A stretch of DNA of 64,000 bases from an uncultured bacterium (GCA_963845185.1 CAWJRG010000010.1:384001-448000); one strand, 5' to 3'; positions 40,230 through 51,158 are shown, numbered from the stretch's first letter. The notes: generated by a model not told the origin, from the sequence alone. Numbers and translations: made by a program.

Positions 40230-42119
40230 TCATTTAGACTGCTCCTGCGTAGGTTCTTCCATACCTTCGGGCGGTGCCACGGTTGACTTTAACTCTTCAA
40301 TCTTCGCTTTTATCTCCTTGTCGCCCGGGTTCATTTTAGAATACTTTTCATCGAACTCTACCGCACCCGTATAATCACCCAGATTCTCTTCGCATTCTCC
40401 CATATACTTGTAAATTTCCGCCTGGTCTCCGTGTTGCTCCCTGGTTTTTTCAAGCCACATAAACGCGCTTGCGTTGTCCCCTTGTGCGAAATATTGCATT
40501 GCATTTTTCCACTCACTGCTCTCATTATACGGGCCGCGCGCTATGACAGCGGGTTTGGTTGTATTATTGTCCGCGCCGGGCGCTATGGCAATTTGCTTCT
40601 GCGCTTTCAAGGAATATGCATTATTGATGTGCATAGCATGTACTATCTTCTTCATGCCAAGCCGCAGGACAAAGGCGCCTGCTACAACAGCAACAGCCAT
40701 GGCTATAAGTATTGTGTTTCGCGCGATGGCAGAGCCATTCGGAATTTGGGATTTGGCATTTAGCATTCCAGAGCTTTCAACCTCTTGAATTTCTTGAGCT
40801 TTTGAACCTTGAGCATTGAGCTCTTGAACCTTTTCTTCATCCTTTTGCGCATTTGAACTTTGATCCTGCGCTTGCTTTCTGCGGGTGTACAGGCCGTATA
40901 AAAACACGGCAACTGATTTCAATATTTTGCCGGAAAAAGTCTTTGGCGTGTGGCCCGAGGCGGCGGTCAAAATATTTTTAACAAGGTCAAGGGAATTCAA
41001 TTTGGGATTTTCAGAGTTTGGGATTTGGAATTTACTTACCATACCCTCACTTTGAACCCCTTGAGCTTTTGAACCTTGAACCTCTCCTTCCACCTCTTCC
41101 CGGAGCGCCTCAGCCTCTTGTTGCCTTTTGGCATCCTTATCCGCTTTGCCAATAGCGATATCATATATAGAGGGCAGTTCGTTCTCAAATTCGTTAGCGT
41201 CGCCGGCCTGTCCCGGCCTCTCCTTTAGTTCCAGCCTTTTTAATCCAGCCATAGCGCTGTAAAACGCCATAAGCGCCTCAGGCTCGGACAGGTTCATTAT
41301 TACCTGGTACCCATGGGGCTTCATGCGCACCTGTATGTTTTTCGGGGCCTTAGACCAACGCCCGGCGTTTGGGTCATTCGGGTCAAACCTCTGGTTCTTT
41401 GCCCCTTTAACCTTTGAGGTCTTTCCGTCAGCCGGGAATGTCTCAGGAGCATTGCCTTTATTTACCCATTCTACCAGTTTCTCTGCCTGCTTAACCGTCA
41501 TTTTGCGGTCAAACACGACCTTTAAAGCCTGTTCGACTGTATCCTGGTCATTTGGTTGTCCTTTGGCAAGGGCTGTCAACATCATTACAACGGCCACCGG
41601 CAGCTGCCAGTCTTTGGATTTTACCGAATTTCGGTAAATCATTTCCTGTGCTGATTTATTCAATATTGACAAGGCTTTTATGGCATTACTTACCTCTTGT
41701 TGGCTGAGTGCAACTCTATCAGCTATCTGTATTTGGGTCAGGTCAGGGTGTTTTTCCATGTAATCGGCAATATACCTGTACTTGTCCAGCCAGTGGTATG
41801 GCTCCCCATTATTGTTCATGAATCCCTTCAGGGAAAAGTCCTCCCTGCCACCCGTAAATACTTCAGCCTCTATCTCGGTCCAGCCAAGTTTCATGGCTGC
41901 CCGCAGGCGCCTCTCGCCCTCAAAAAGCTCGTACCCGGCAAGCTCTTTGCCGGTGCACCCCTGCGAGGCTGTGTCCTGGGCGGTCAGTTCGCGGACTTTC
42001 ACGGATTCGAGCTGGCCGTTTGCCTTCATGGACGCAGCAAGGCTGTCAATACCGTCGGGGTTGATAAAATGCCTGGGATTTTCGGGATTAAAGCGGATTT
42101 TTGAGATTTGAATTTTCAT
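40230..42119 (-). CDS. ParB/RepB/Spo0J N-terminal domain protein with HTH, TM segment and C-terminal TPR
   Basis: NPENPR...LAASMKANGQLE...EGERRLRA (ParB Box II-like); LTQIQIADRVALSQQEVSN HTH; ILIAMAVAVVAGAFVL TM; IYKYMGECEENLGDYTGAV TPR. Confidence 0.8.
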   Translation of the reverse strand: MKIQISKIRFNPENPRHFINPDGIDSLAASMKANGQLESVKVRELTAQDTASQGCTGKELAGYELFEGERRLRAAMKLGWTEIEAEVFTGGREDFSLKGFMNNNGEPYHWLDKYRYIADYMEKHPDLTQIQIADRVALSQQEVSNAIKALSILNKSAQEMIYRNSVKSKDWQLPVAVVMMLTALAKGQPNDQDTVEQALKVVFDRKMTVKQAEKLVEWVNKGNAPETFPADGKTSKVKGAKNQRFDPNDPNAGRWSKAPKNIQVRMKPHGYQVIMNLSEPEALMAFYSAMAGLKRLELKERPGQAGDANEFENELPSIYDIAIGKADKDAKRQQEAEALREEVEGEVQGSKAQGVQSEGMVSKFQIPNSENPKLNSLDLVKNILTAASGHTPKTFSGKILKSVAVFLYGLYTRRKQAQDQSSNAQKDEEKVQELNAQGSKAQEIQEVESSGMLNAKSQIPNGSAIARNTILIAMAVAVVAGAFVLRLGMKKIVHAMHINNAYSLKAQKQIAIAPGADNNTTKPAVIARGPYNESSEWKNAMQYFAQGDNASAFMWLEKTREQHGDQAEIYKYMGECEENLGDYTGAVEFDEKYSKMNPGDKEIKAKIEELKSTVAPPEGMEEPTQEQSK

Positions 42120-42427
42120 GTTAAAACCCTCCTTTGATTCTTTTTTTAAAATATTATCATTTTACACCTAATAAAACAGGCCGATTTTAGGAAATATAAC
42201 GTGGGTTGTCAAGAATTATTTAAAGAATTGAAATTAACGCTTATTGGATAAAAAATTGAGTTGACAAGCTAAGACAGGTTTGTAATTTATTAAATTAATT
42301 AAAAATCGTTCTCCCCGCCTTTAAAATTCGAATACCAGGCATCATCATAATAACTAAGGCTCCCCTGTGCCGGGATATGTTCCCAGACATTTTTTATAAT
42401 GTAACCTCCTGTTTGTTGTTTTAAAAA

Positions 42428-44572
42428 TTACTGTTGAATAATTATTTGCTCATTTTTGATGGTTATATTATTTATTTTATATAAATCAGTACTTACAACG
42501 CCTTCGTCAAAGAGCGAGTTATATTCATTCAATCTGTTATCAACAATTATACCCGGCAAAGGAAAACCATTAATTTTATAGTAAGTATATTTAAAACGCG
42601 GCTCATTGTTTATATCAAGATATGGTTTTACAGCATATTCATAAGTTTTATTTTTTCTTATGCCGCTATAAACAATATTTCCTTTTTCAAATCGAATTAC
42701 AGGATTTTCAATCTTATTTACCCTGTATCGGATAAATGTTGAAAAAATCTTAAAATTATTATCATTTAATTTCATTCCATAATTTTTACTAAATTTTTCA
42801 AAATCATTTTGACTTATTATCAGTTCGTTTACTTCAACTGCATCAAAAGTGGACAATTCCATGTTACCGTTAAACATTGTAAATCCGGCATTTTTGACAT
42901 TTAAATCTATTTTACTTATCCGGAATATTTGTTCATTTTTATTAAATTTATTTCCTATTATGCACCCGTCTGATACAAGCCTAATATCTGTTCCGCTCTG
43001 GTTTTGACTTACTGCCTTAACATTTACCCCTTTGATAAATGGAAACATTCTCTTGAATACTATATTAGCTTCTTCCTTATTCACAAACCTGTTTTGCCTT
43101 TTAAAAATAAACGCATTTGTTCCATCAGGAAGCGGATACTTTGCCATTTTCTTGAAACCGGTATACTTGCCCGATAATAGTAAATCTGTTATTTTTTTTC
43201 GTTCATCAAATCTTCCGGATTCAAGCCCGTTATCTTTGTCTTTTATCAGGACATAATCTGTAAAATAAGGAAATTTATCGCTTTCAGTAACAGCAATGTT
43301 GTATTTACCGCTTAGCACTTTAAACCCCATTGTGTAATTATTTATATAACAAAAATCCGGCATAACACATAAACGGGTTTTGCCTTTTGAATCAGACTTA
43401 ACGTCGGAAAGCATTTGTTCAATTTTCCAATCAGATTCTGATGGCCATATTTTTATAGGCCAGTTTTGAATAATATTAAAATTACTTACAATGTATATTG
43501 CCATGGACAAAACAACTACAGTTGTCGTAGTAATTATGCCTGCGATTTTGTTTTTTATTATATAAATCAAATAAGACGTCAATATTGCCGCAAAAGGCAG
43601 AATTGGCATCAAATATCTGCCTTGCTTGTTTTTTATTAGAAAAAAAATTGTAAGCGGCACAATAACATACATCACGTACTTCCTGTTTTTTTCATCCAAA
43701 ATCATGATAACAATTGCTGCCATCAATAAAAAAATAAATATTGGATTCATAGAACCGGCCAGTGCCTGAAAACAGAGTGCCAAACTCTTTAAAGATAATA
43801 CAGGAGGCGCGTTTTGTAAGTCAGCTCCGCTATATGCTGCAAATTTTAATATGTCATATGCAGTGAACCCGTTCTCGATATACCATGCACCGCATATAAG
43901 TATTGAGGAAACAGCAAAAATAGCTAGATTTTTCAGCCTGTCCCCCATCTTCTCCCTGTTGAATACCTGCAATTCCAATATTAATGGGGTTATTGCATAA
44001 ATAATAAATGTCCATTTTGTAAGCATTCCAATTCCGGCTGTTATACCCGCAAGAAAAGAACAGACACCCGATTTAAAATTTTCAGTTCTTAATATGAGAT
44101 AAATATATATGGCTGTAACTGAAGCCAGCGGAACGTCAAGCATAAAATAATGTCCTTCGGTAATTAATGCCGGATATGCCGCTGCTATTGACGCTGCGGC
44201 AATAGCGCTTTTAAACCCAAAAATCCGCCTGGTAAAAAGAAATACTCCTGTTATTAACAGTAATTGAAATAAAATAATTATATATGTAAACCCGTCTTCG
44301 TTGCTTCCAAATACCCGCGCTGAAACCGAACCAGCTATCGGAACAAACGGCGGATAATAGCGGTTTATTGATAAAAAAGCGTCCGGAAAATCGCGCGGCT
44401 TGGTTATGCGGAATTGCTCAGCATTTTTAAGATGCAATGATTCATCCCATCGTTGCGGGGTATTATCCATCCTTAGCCATAAGACATTAGATATTGCAAT
44501 AAATATAAGTAATGAAACCAAAATAGAAATTTTTATTATTGTTAAATTATTTCCTATTTTTAATTCGGGCAT
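42428..44572 (-). CDS. ArnT/PMT-like (GT-C, GT39/83) membrane glycosyltransferase
   Basis: WDESLH, YYPP, FMLDVPL, GMLTKWT, KQGRY; many TM helices. Confidence 0.8.
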   Translation of the reverse strand: MPELKIGNNLTIIKISILVSLLIFIAISNVLWLRMDNTPQRWDESLHLKNAEQFRITKPRDFPDAFLSINRYYPPFVPIAGSVSARVFGSNEDGFTYIIILFQLLLITGVFLFTRRIFGFKSAIAAASIAAAYPALITEGHYFMLDVPLASVTAIYIYLILRTENFKSGVCSFLAGITAGIGMLTKWTFIIYAITPLILELQVFNREKMGDRLKNLAIFAVSSILICGAWYIENGFTAYDILKFAAYSGADLQNAPPVLSLKSLALCFQALAGSMNPIFIFLLMAAIVIMILDEKNRKYVMYVIVPLTIFFLIKNKQGRYLMPILPFAAILTSYLIYIIKNKIAGIITTTTVVVLSMAIYIVSNFNIIQNWPIKIWPSESDWKIEQMLSDVKSDSKGKTRLCVMPDFCYINNYTMGFKVLSGKYNIAVTESDKFPYFTDYVLIKDKDNGLESGRFDERKKITDLLLSGKYTGFKKMAKYPLPDGTNAFIFKRQNRFVNKEEANIVFKRMFPFIKGVNVKAVSQNQSGTDIRLVSDGCIIGNKFNKNEQIFRISKIDLNVKNAGFTMFNGNMELSTFDAVEVNELIISQNDFEKFSKNYGMKLNDNNFKIFSTFIRYRVNKIENPVIRFEKGNIVYSGIRKNKTYEYAVKPYLDINNEPRFKYTYYKINGFPLPGIIVDNRLNEYNSLFDEGVVSTDLYKINNITIKNEQIIIQQ

Positions 44573-44709
44573 TTCAATTCCTCCGTTGTGCAATATATAC
44601 CTTGGATATAAAACTGTTCTTATTTCAAACAGTTTATCACAAATTATTTTGCGGGTTGCAGCAAATTAGACCTTGTTTTTTGCAGAACCTCGTCAATCGA
44701 AGTTTACAA

Positions 44710-45833
44710 CTAATCTTCCCTCCCCATCATTTCCCCATACATTTTTAAATGCTTCATTGCAATATCATTCCACTCCGGCACCATCTTTTTCGTCCTTTTC
44801 CTGCGGCCTGTGAAATCCATTGCGGTCTTTAGTTCTTCCGGTGAGCCGGGTTTCACGTAATATATATTTTCACCGGGATAAAACCCGTGCTTATCCCTGC
44901 TTGCCGTCACTATGTACGTATCCTGTTGCGCAGCGGCGAGAAAACTGCCGTTGCGCGGGGACAGGCCGCCTTTAAACGGGAACACGCATAAATCCGCAGA
45001 AGCCAGCCACTGCGCTATTTTTTGCGGGCCAAGCCCGGGAATGAACTTAATTTGCCCGAATACGCCTGCTTCAATTGCCTTTTGTTTCCACTCTGCCTGA
45101 AATGCCTCTGATTCATTGACGCGGCCAAGGTGCACCCATTTGAACTTAAGGAAATCAAAAGCTTTTACAATCTCGTCAAAACCTTTGGCCCCGGTTATAA
45201 ACCCGAATGTTACCATTAATTTCCGGCCTTTCCTGAGCCCTGCCTGTTTTTGTATTTTTTTCTTTTCGCTGCCTTTTAAAACTGCCTTTGGTATTTTTGA
45301 GCCTATTTCTATCACTTTTTTTGCCCTGTTGCCGAGCGCTGCCGCAATCAGCATGCCGGTTGTTTTCATGTTTTCCTCTTCCACAAAAACTGCTGCGTCG
45401 GAGAACGCGAGGTTTATTGCCAGCCTCAGCCTGCCGGTAAATTTCAGGCGCTTTAAAGGCTCGTGCAGCATGGACACCACTTTCACGCCCGGCATGAAAA
45501 TTTTTATCAGCATGGGTAAAAGGTTTGTGCCGGGATTTTTCCTGTACTGCGTGTTTGGATACTGGAAATGCGCTATGTTATGTCAGGTTTCAGTCCCTTT
45601 ATCCTTTTCAGAATGCTGAAAACATTACCTGCTTTCCATGAATTTACTTCAGGATACACCGATGGGTTCCCGCCTGACTTTTTTATACCGAGGTAAGATG
45701 ACGTCAGCACTGACACGCCAGCGCCGCTGCGCGCGAGCGTTTCAGCAAGTAAAGACGTGTAGTCCCCTATGCCGCACACCTCAGGCGGGTAGCTGCCTAT
45801 TACAAACAGCACGTTCAAATTATTTTTCTTCAT
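44710..45833 (-). pseudogene. GT4 glycosyltransferase, copy 1, frameshifted by a 5-nt duplication
   Basis: GSYPPEVCGIGDYT N-terminus and TFGFI/ADLCVFPF C-terminus lie in different frames; extra TATGT at ~45574-45583 relative to copy 2. Confidence 0.85.
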
Positions 45834-46172
45834 ACTGCCCCATCCTGTTGTTAAAAAAATCCGCATAACTATTTCTTTATTATTTGCCTATAGAGTATTA
45901 TCATTTGCCACCTAATAAATTAGTTTAATTTTATGAAATACCCTGCGGGTTGTCAAGAATTATTTAAAAAATTGAAATTAACGCTTATTGGATAAAAAAT
46001 TGATTTGGCAAGCTTGGGTTTTTAAGGTTGCGCTTGGAAGGAAAAAGTATTAAGATTCGAACAAAAGGAGCACAATAATGGCAAATATAATACTGAAAAA
46101 AGAAACAGAAATAATGCAAGTCATTTATAGCAAATGCAGGTCAATTAGAAAAGCAAGTGTGGTATCGGCAGC

Positions 46173-47693
46173 TTGAATAAACCCATTTTTAAATTAAATA
46201 CAATTATTATTATCCTTTTGTATACCATTCCTGCGGCAATTGCTGTATTTTTTCTTTTTGGCAACCTCGGCAATCGATACCTGTGGCAGGATGAGGCAGT
46301 AACGGCTTTTGTCGGCAAGACTGTAATCCAGCGGGGACTACCGTACGGGGATGACGGACTGAATATCGTAACGCAAAACGACAGATGTGATTGGGGAAAC
46401 GGCAGGATATGGAAATGGCATCCATGGCTTCAGTTTTACATAGCCGCGGCTTCCATGAAGCTTTTTGGATTTGATTCCTTTGGCGCAAGGTTCCTGTTTT
46501 CCCTTTTCGGGTTGTTTACAATAATAATTTTATATTTTTTCGCCATGGAACTGTTTTCAGATAAAAAAATCGCCTTTTTCTCGGCGCTATTGCTTATTGT
46601 CACGGTGCCTTTCATGCTGATTTCCAGGCAATGCAGGTATTACAGCCTGTTAAACTTCTTTTTTTTATTGACCCTCCTGGGTTATATTAGGGCAATAAAA
46701 GGGAGAAAATACGGTTATACGCTTTTTGCAGTCGCCATGTTTTTTCTTTTTCATACGCAGTATGTATATTGCGCGCCTGCCGCAGGAGCCGTACTGCTGC
46801 ATGCGTTTTTATACCATAAAAACCGGTTGAAAATTCTGGCTGTAATAATGGCCTGCGTTTTTATCATAAGTTTCCCAATGTACCAGTTTTTTTATAAATC
46901 AAATTTTCTCACAAAAAATTTCATTTGGGATATGTTGAAAAGGATTCATTCGTACTTTTTTTATTATACATCCTTTATTTTAAAATATATACTGCCTGGT
47001 TATATGGTGGCTATTGGTGGACTACTGCTTTTTATAAAGATTAAAAACGATAAAAGTTATTTTTTTCGGACAGACGGCATGCAGGAAGGATTAAGCCTTG
47101 TTTTCTTCTTAATAGTTTTTACATTCATATTTCTCTTCACAGGGCGCAATGATTATTCCAGGTATATCGAGCCGTTAATACCATTTTTTGCCCTGATAAC
47201 GGCCGTGATTTTAATTAAATCCGCGCAGATTACTCCTGTCATCCCGGCAGTACTCATTGTTTTATTGTTAAACACTTATAATATAAAAGATTTTTTATAT
47301 GAACTTACCCATAATTATGATGGGCCAATAAAAGGCATATCAAAATACCTGAATGAAAACGCGAAAAAAGGTGATATAGTCGCTATGGCGGGATACGGCG
47401 ATATAGCAATTAAATTCCATACGGGATTAAGAGTGGTTGGCGGAGAATCAAAAGACTTGAATAAGCAGGATATACTAAATGCAAAATGGGTGATAGTAAG
47501 GAAACATACGGTGTATGACAGGGATGAATTCTCAAAAAATGAAATTTTAAGTCTGGTTGACCTCAAAAAATACAAAAAGATAGTAATAAATTACCCTGAT
47601 ACAACATTTGAAACCAGGGAAAATCCCGAAGAGCACATGTTTAAGACCGACACAAAAGAAGACAGGGTTGTAATTTACGAAAAAATGAATTAA
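46173..47693 (+). CDS. ArnT/PMT-like (GT-C) membrane glycosyltransferase
   Basis: LWQDEAVT, WHPWLQFY, RQCRYYS; many TM helices. Confidence 0.8.
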   Translation: MNKPIFKLNTIIIILLYTIPAAIAVFFLFGNLGNRYLWQDEAVTAFVGKTVIQRGLPYGDDGLNIVTQNDRCDWGNGRIWKWHPWLQFYIAAASMKLFGFDSFGARFLFSLFGLFTIIILYFFAMELFSDKKIAFFSALLLIVTVPFMLISRQCRYYSLLNFFFLLTLLGYIRAIKGRKYGYTLFAVAMFFLFHTQYVYCAPAAGAVLLHAFLYHKNRLKILAVIMACVFIISFPMYQFFYKSNFLTKNFIWDMLKRIHSYFFYYTSFILKYILPGYMVAIGGLLLFIKIKNDKSYFFRTDGMQEGLSLVFFLIVFTFIFLFTGRNDYSRYIEPLIPFFALITAVILIKSAQITPVIPAVLIVLLLNTYNIKDFLYELTHNYDGPIKGISKYLNENAKKGDIVAMAGYGDIAIKFHTGLRVVGGESKDLNKQDILNAKWVIVRKHTVYDRDEFSKNEILSLVDLKKYKKIVINYPDTTFETRENPEEHMFKTDTKEDRVVIYEKMN

Positions 47694-48803
47694 ATTTTTA
47701 TAATTTCTCTATACATTTTTAAATGCTTCCCTGCAATATCCTCCCACTCCGGCACTAATTTTTTAGTCCTTTTGCTTTTCCCCCTGAAATCCATGGCTTT
47801 TTTTAGTTCTTCTGCCGGGCCGGGTTTCACGTAATATATATTTTCACCGGGATAAAACCCGTGCTTATCCCTGCTTGCCGTCACTATGTACGTATCCTGT
47901 TGCGCAGCGGCGAGAAAAACTGCCGTTGCGCGGGGAAAGGCCGCCTTTAAACGGGAACACGCATAAATCCGCAGAAGCCAGCCACTGCGCTATTTGCTGC
48001 GGGCCGAGCCCGGGAATGAACTTAATTTGCCCGAATACGCCTGCTTCTGTTGCCTTTTGCTTCCACTCCAGCTGAAATGCCTCTGATTCATTGACTCTGC
48101 CAAGGTGCACCCATCTGAACTTTTTGCTGTCAAAAGCCCTGATAAGCTCGTCAAAACCTTTGGCTGCGGTTATAAACCCGAATGTTACCATTAGTTTCTG
48201 GCCTTTTTTAAGCCCTGCCTGTTTTTGTATTTTTTCCTTTTCGCTGCCTTTTAAAACTGCCTTTGGTATGTTTGAGCCTATTTCTATCACTTTTTTTGCC
48301 CTGTTGCCGAGCGCTGCCCCAATCAGCAGGCCGGTTGTTTTCATGTTTTCCTCTTCCACAAAAACTGCTGCGTCGGAGAACGCGAGGTTTATTGCCAGCC
48401 TCAGCCTGCCGGTAAATTTGAGGCGTTTTAAAGGTTCGTGCAGCGTTGACACGACTTTCACCCCGGGCACAAAAATTTTTATCAGCATTGGCAAAAGGTT
48501 TGTGCCGAGGTTTTTCCTGTATTGCGTGTTCGGATACTGGAAATGCGCTATGTCAGGCTTCAGTTCCCTTATTCTTTTCAATATGCTGAAAACATTGCCT
48601 GCTTTCCATGATTTTACTTCAGGATAGACTGCCGGGTTTGCTTTGGATTTTTTTATGCCAAGGTAAGATGACGTCAGCACCGACACGCCAGCGCCGGTGC
48701 GCGCGAGCGCCCCGGCAAGCAAAGAAGTATAGTCTCCTATGCCGCACACCTCGGGCGGAAAACTGCCTGTTACAAACAGCACGTTAAAATTATTTTTCTT
48801 CAT
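47690..48803 (-). pseudogene. GT4 glycosyltransferase, copy 2, frameshifted by +1 in a T-run
   Basis: Nearly identical to copy 1. Plus strand GAGAAAAACTG (~47912-47922) versus GAGAAAACTG in copy 1 shifts the C-terminal ~70 codons. Confidence 0.8.
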
Positions 48804-49671
48804 ACTGCCCCATCCTGTTGTTAAAAAAATCCGCAAAAGCCCTGAGCACGTATTTTAAGTTCTGCCTGTTTTTAAATATGGCGCCGAGCAAAGGCCAGCG
48901 CACGCACCACGCCGCAACAAAAAAAAGGAAAGCCGGGAAATGCTTGCGCGATATATAAAGCCTGTTGCGTGTGAAATAATAAAGCCTTAAAGGCGAGTCA
49001 GGGAAGGTTTTTGAAACCTTGTGGTACACTGTTGAGTCCGCTGCCATGGTTACTGCCATGCCTGATTTTTTTATCCGCGCGCATATGTCTGTTTCCTCGA
49101 ACAGAAGAAAGAGTTTTTCGTCAAGCATGCCTGCTTTTTCTATTGCCTGCCTTGACAGCATCATGCTGCAGCCCGATACATAGTCGAGGCGCGCGCCGTC
49201 AAGGACCTTGATGCCCGTGTCCTGTTTGTTCTCCAAATAATGCGACGTAGTGCCGCTGAACTTGCGATAAATCCCGCCCGCGAACCACGTTGTTTTTTTG
49301 TCAGGGTAGCACAGTATCCTGGAGCCTGCCGCGCCTGTCCCCGGTTTTTTCTCAAACGCGCTGAGCAGGCCGCTGCACGCGGATTTGTCAGCCAGCGTGT
49401 CGTTGTTCAGTATCCATATGTAATCTGCGCCCTGCTCCATGGCGCGGCTTATGCCCGCGTTGTTCCCGCCGGCGTAGCCGAGATTAGCCGCAAGTTCCAG
49501 GTAGCTTATGTCAGGGTGCGCCTGCTTTATTTTTTCCAGAGAGCCGTCATGCGAGCCATTGTCCACGCACAATATGGAAACCTGCGTGTCCTGCGATTTA
49601 AGCGGCGTTATGCACTCTATGGTGTCGGAAAAATTTTTCCATGTGAGCACAACTGCAAAAACTTTTGCCAT
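48790..49671 (-). CDS. GT2 family glycosyltransferase (rhamnosyltransferase-like)
   Basis: VDNGSHDGS, NLGYAGGNN, ILNNDT, EETDIC. Confidence 0.9.
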   Translation of the reverse strand: MAKVFAVVLTWKNFSDTIECITPLKSQDTQVSILCVDNGSHDGSLEKIKQAHPDISYLELAANLGYAGGNNAGISRAMEQGADYIWILNNDTLADKSACSGLLSAFEKKPGTGAAGSRILCYPDKKTTWFAGGIYRKFSGTTSHYLENKQDTGIKVLDGARLDYVSGCSMMLSRQAIEKAGMLDEKLFLLFEETDICARIKKSGMAVTMAADSTVYHKVSKTFPDSPLRLYYFTRNRLYISRKHFPAFLFFVAAWCVRWPLLGAIFKNRQNLKYVLRAFADFFNNRMGQYEEK

Positions 49672-49852
49672 TTTTAATCCTGCCTTTTCAGTGGAACCCC
49701 GTTGACGAGAGTCGGCGGCACCTTTAAAATCCACTGGAGCATTATAATCATCTCGCGACGTCCCCGAAGCGTCAAAGCGTAGCGGGGCCGGAGGTTCTCA
49801 TAAGTTCCCTCCGGAAAGGCTATAGTCCCGAGCGAAGTCGAGCGGATATTAT

Positions 49853-51154
49853 TCATCCCTCAACCGGAGTTGTGGGGATTTCTTTCCGGATGAATCCGAG
49901 CGCGAGCAGCCCGAAAAAATAAATTGAGTCCTCTATAAAATAAAACTCCTTGCCGAAAAATCCCGACGCCAGCCAGCCTGCCAGCCAGCACAGGCTTGCA
50001 AGCGCAAAGGCGTCTCCTGCTGCCCTGCGCGCCAGGAAAATGACCGAGGAGCCGAAAAAAAACAGCGCTGCCAGGAGGCCTAAAGCCCCGGACGCCAGCG
50101 CTATGCCGAGGTAAAACGAATGCGGGGATTCTATCAGCGCCGCCATTCCCTTGTTGATGCCATCAAAAACATACTGCGGGTCATTGTGGATTTTTATGCC
50201 ATACGTTGCGAAGCCCGTGCCTGTCCACAGGGACTTATTGAGCATGTCCATGGCAGCTGCCTGCAGTTTTGCCCTTTCAGAAAACAAAATATCCTGCTCC
50301 GAGCTCGCCAGCCTCTGGCGCATTGCCGGCACAAAAAGCATAAATGCAATGTAAAGCACGGCAAAAAGAAGCAGCGGCGCCGCTGCCTTTGCCCTTTGCA
50401 TTCCTGCTGCGGGCTTGAATTTAACTGTTGCCATTACTGCCAGGGAAACAAATACCGCGATAATGTTCGAGCGCGAAAAAGTCAGGATAAGCGCGGCCAT
50501 TGCTGCTGCCAGCAGCAGCAGCCAGAAGATGATTTTTGATTTGTCAGCCCTGAAATAAAAATACGCGGTTATGAAGGTTATGAAAAAAAGCATGTAATTG
50601 GAAAAATAATTGGTGTCGCAGAAAATCCCGCCCAGCCTCAGGCTGCCGTTATAATTCCAGTGCACAAGGCTGCCTGCCTTGAAAATGCGGAAAAACCAGT
50701 CCGCGGAATTCCCGGGAAAAAGCTCCAGAAATGCCGCTGCCGTGCTTATTATGCCTGTAACGAGCAGTACTTTTGCCAGGGTTTCCCTTCCTGAGTCATG
50801 CTGAAACGCGCTTAAACACGCGCAAAAAACCAGCATTGCAACTGCCGGGTTAAGCGCGTATTTCAGGTTTTGCAGCCGCGGCTCCCTGAAAAAAGCCAGG
50901 ATCACCCCGTATAAAACGCAGGCGCAGATAAAAAGAAGCTCCCTTGGCAGAGTGTTTTTTTCCCTGCGCAGCAGGCGCAAAAGCCACGCAAGGATGAAAA
51001 TAAAAGCAAGCGCCTTTGTGAGCGTAAAGGTATTCAGGCCCGGCAGTTTGACAGAAAAAGGCAAAAGCAGGTAAAAAGAAAATGACGCGTAAAGCGCCAG
51101 CCCCAGCCAAAAGCAAACCCTGTCTAAAATGTCTTTTTTTGCATCGTTGTCCAT
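49853..51154 (-). CDS. O-antigen ligase/polymerase family (Wzy_C/WaaL-like) protein
   Basis: Many TMs; RLGGIF, LTFSRS, GTGFATY, PHSFYL. Confidence 0.85.
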   Translation of the reverse strand: MDNDAKKDILDRVCFWLGLALYASFSFYLLLPFSVKLPGLNTFTLTKALAFIFILAWLLRLLRREKNTLPRELLFICACVLYGVILAFFREPRLQNLKYALNPAVAMLVFCACLSAFQHDSGRETLAKVLLVTGIISTAAAFLELFPGNSADWFFRIFKAGSLVHWNYNGSLRLGGIFCDTNYFSNYMLFFITFITAYFYFRADKSKIIFWLLLLAAAMAALILTFSRSNIIAVFVSLAVMATVKFKPAAGMQRAKAAAPLLLFAVLYIAFMLFVPAMRQRLASSEQDILFSERAKLQAAAMDMLNKSLWTGTGFATYGIKIHNDPQYVFDGINKGMAALIESPHSFYLGIALASGALGLLAALFFFGSSVIFLARRAAGDAFALASLCWLAGWLASGFFGKEFYFIEDSIYFFGLLALGFIRKEIPTTPVEG

Positions 51155-51158
51155 ATTT

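Noticed and set aside
46078..46176. 32-aa ORF with AGGAG RBS overlapping the ArnT-like start
   Set aside because: Too short to assign; may be a leader or remnant.
49674..49856. GC-rich hairpin-containing spacer / 60-aa ORF as riboswitch or gene
   Set aside because: No recognisable riboswitch consensus; probably REP-like debris, unsupported without a search.
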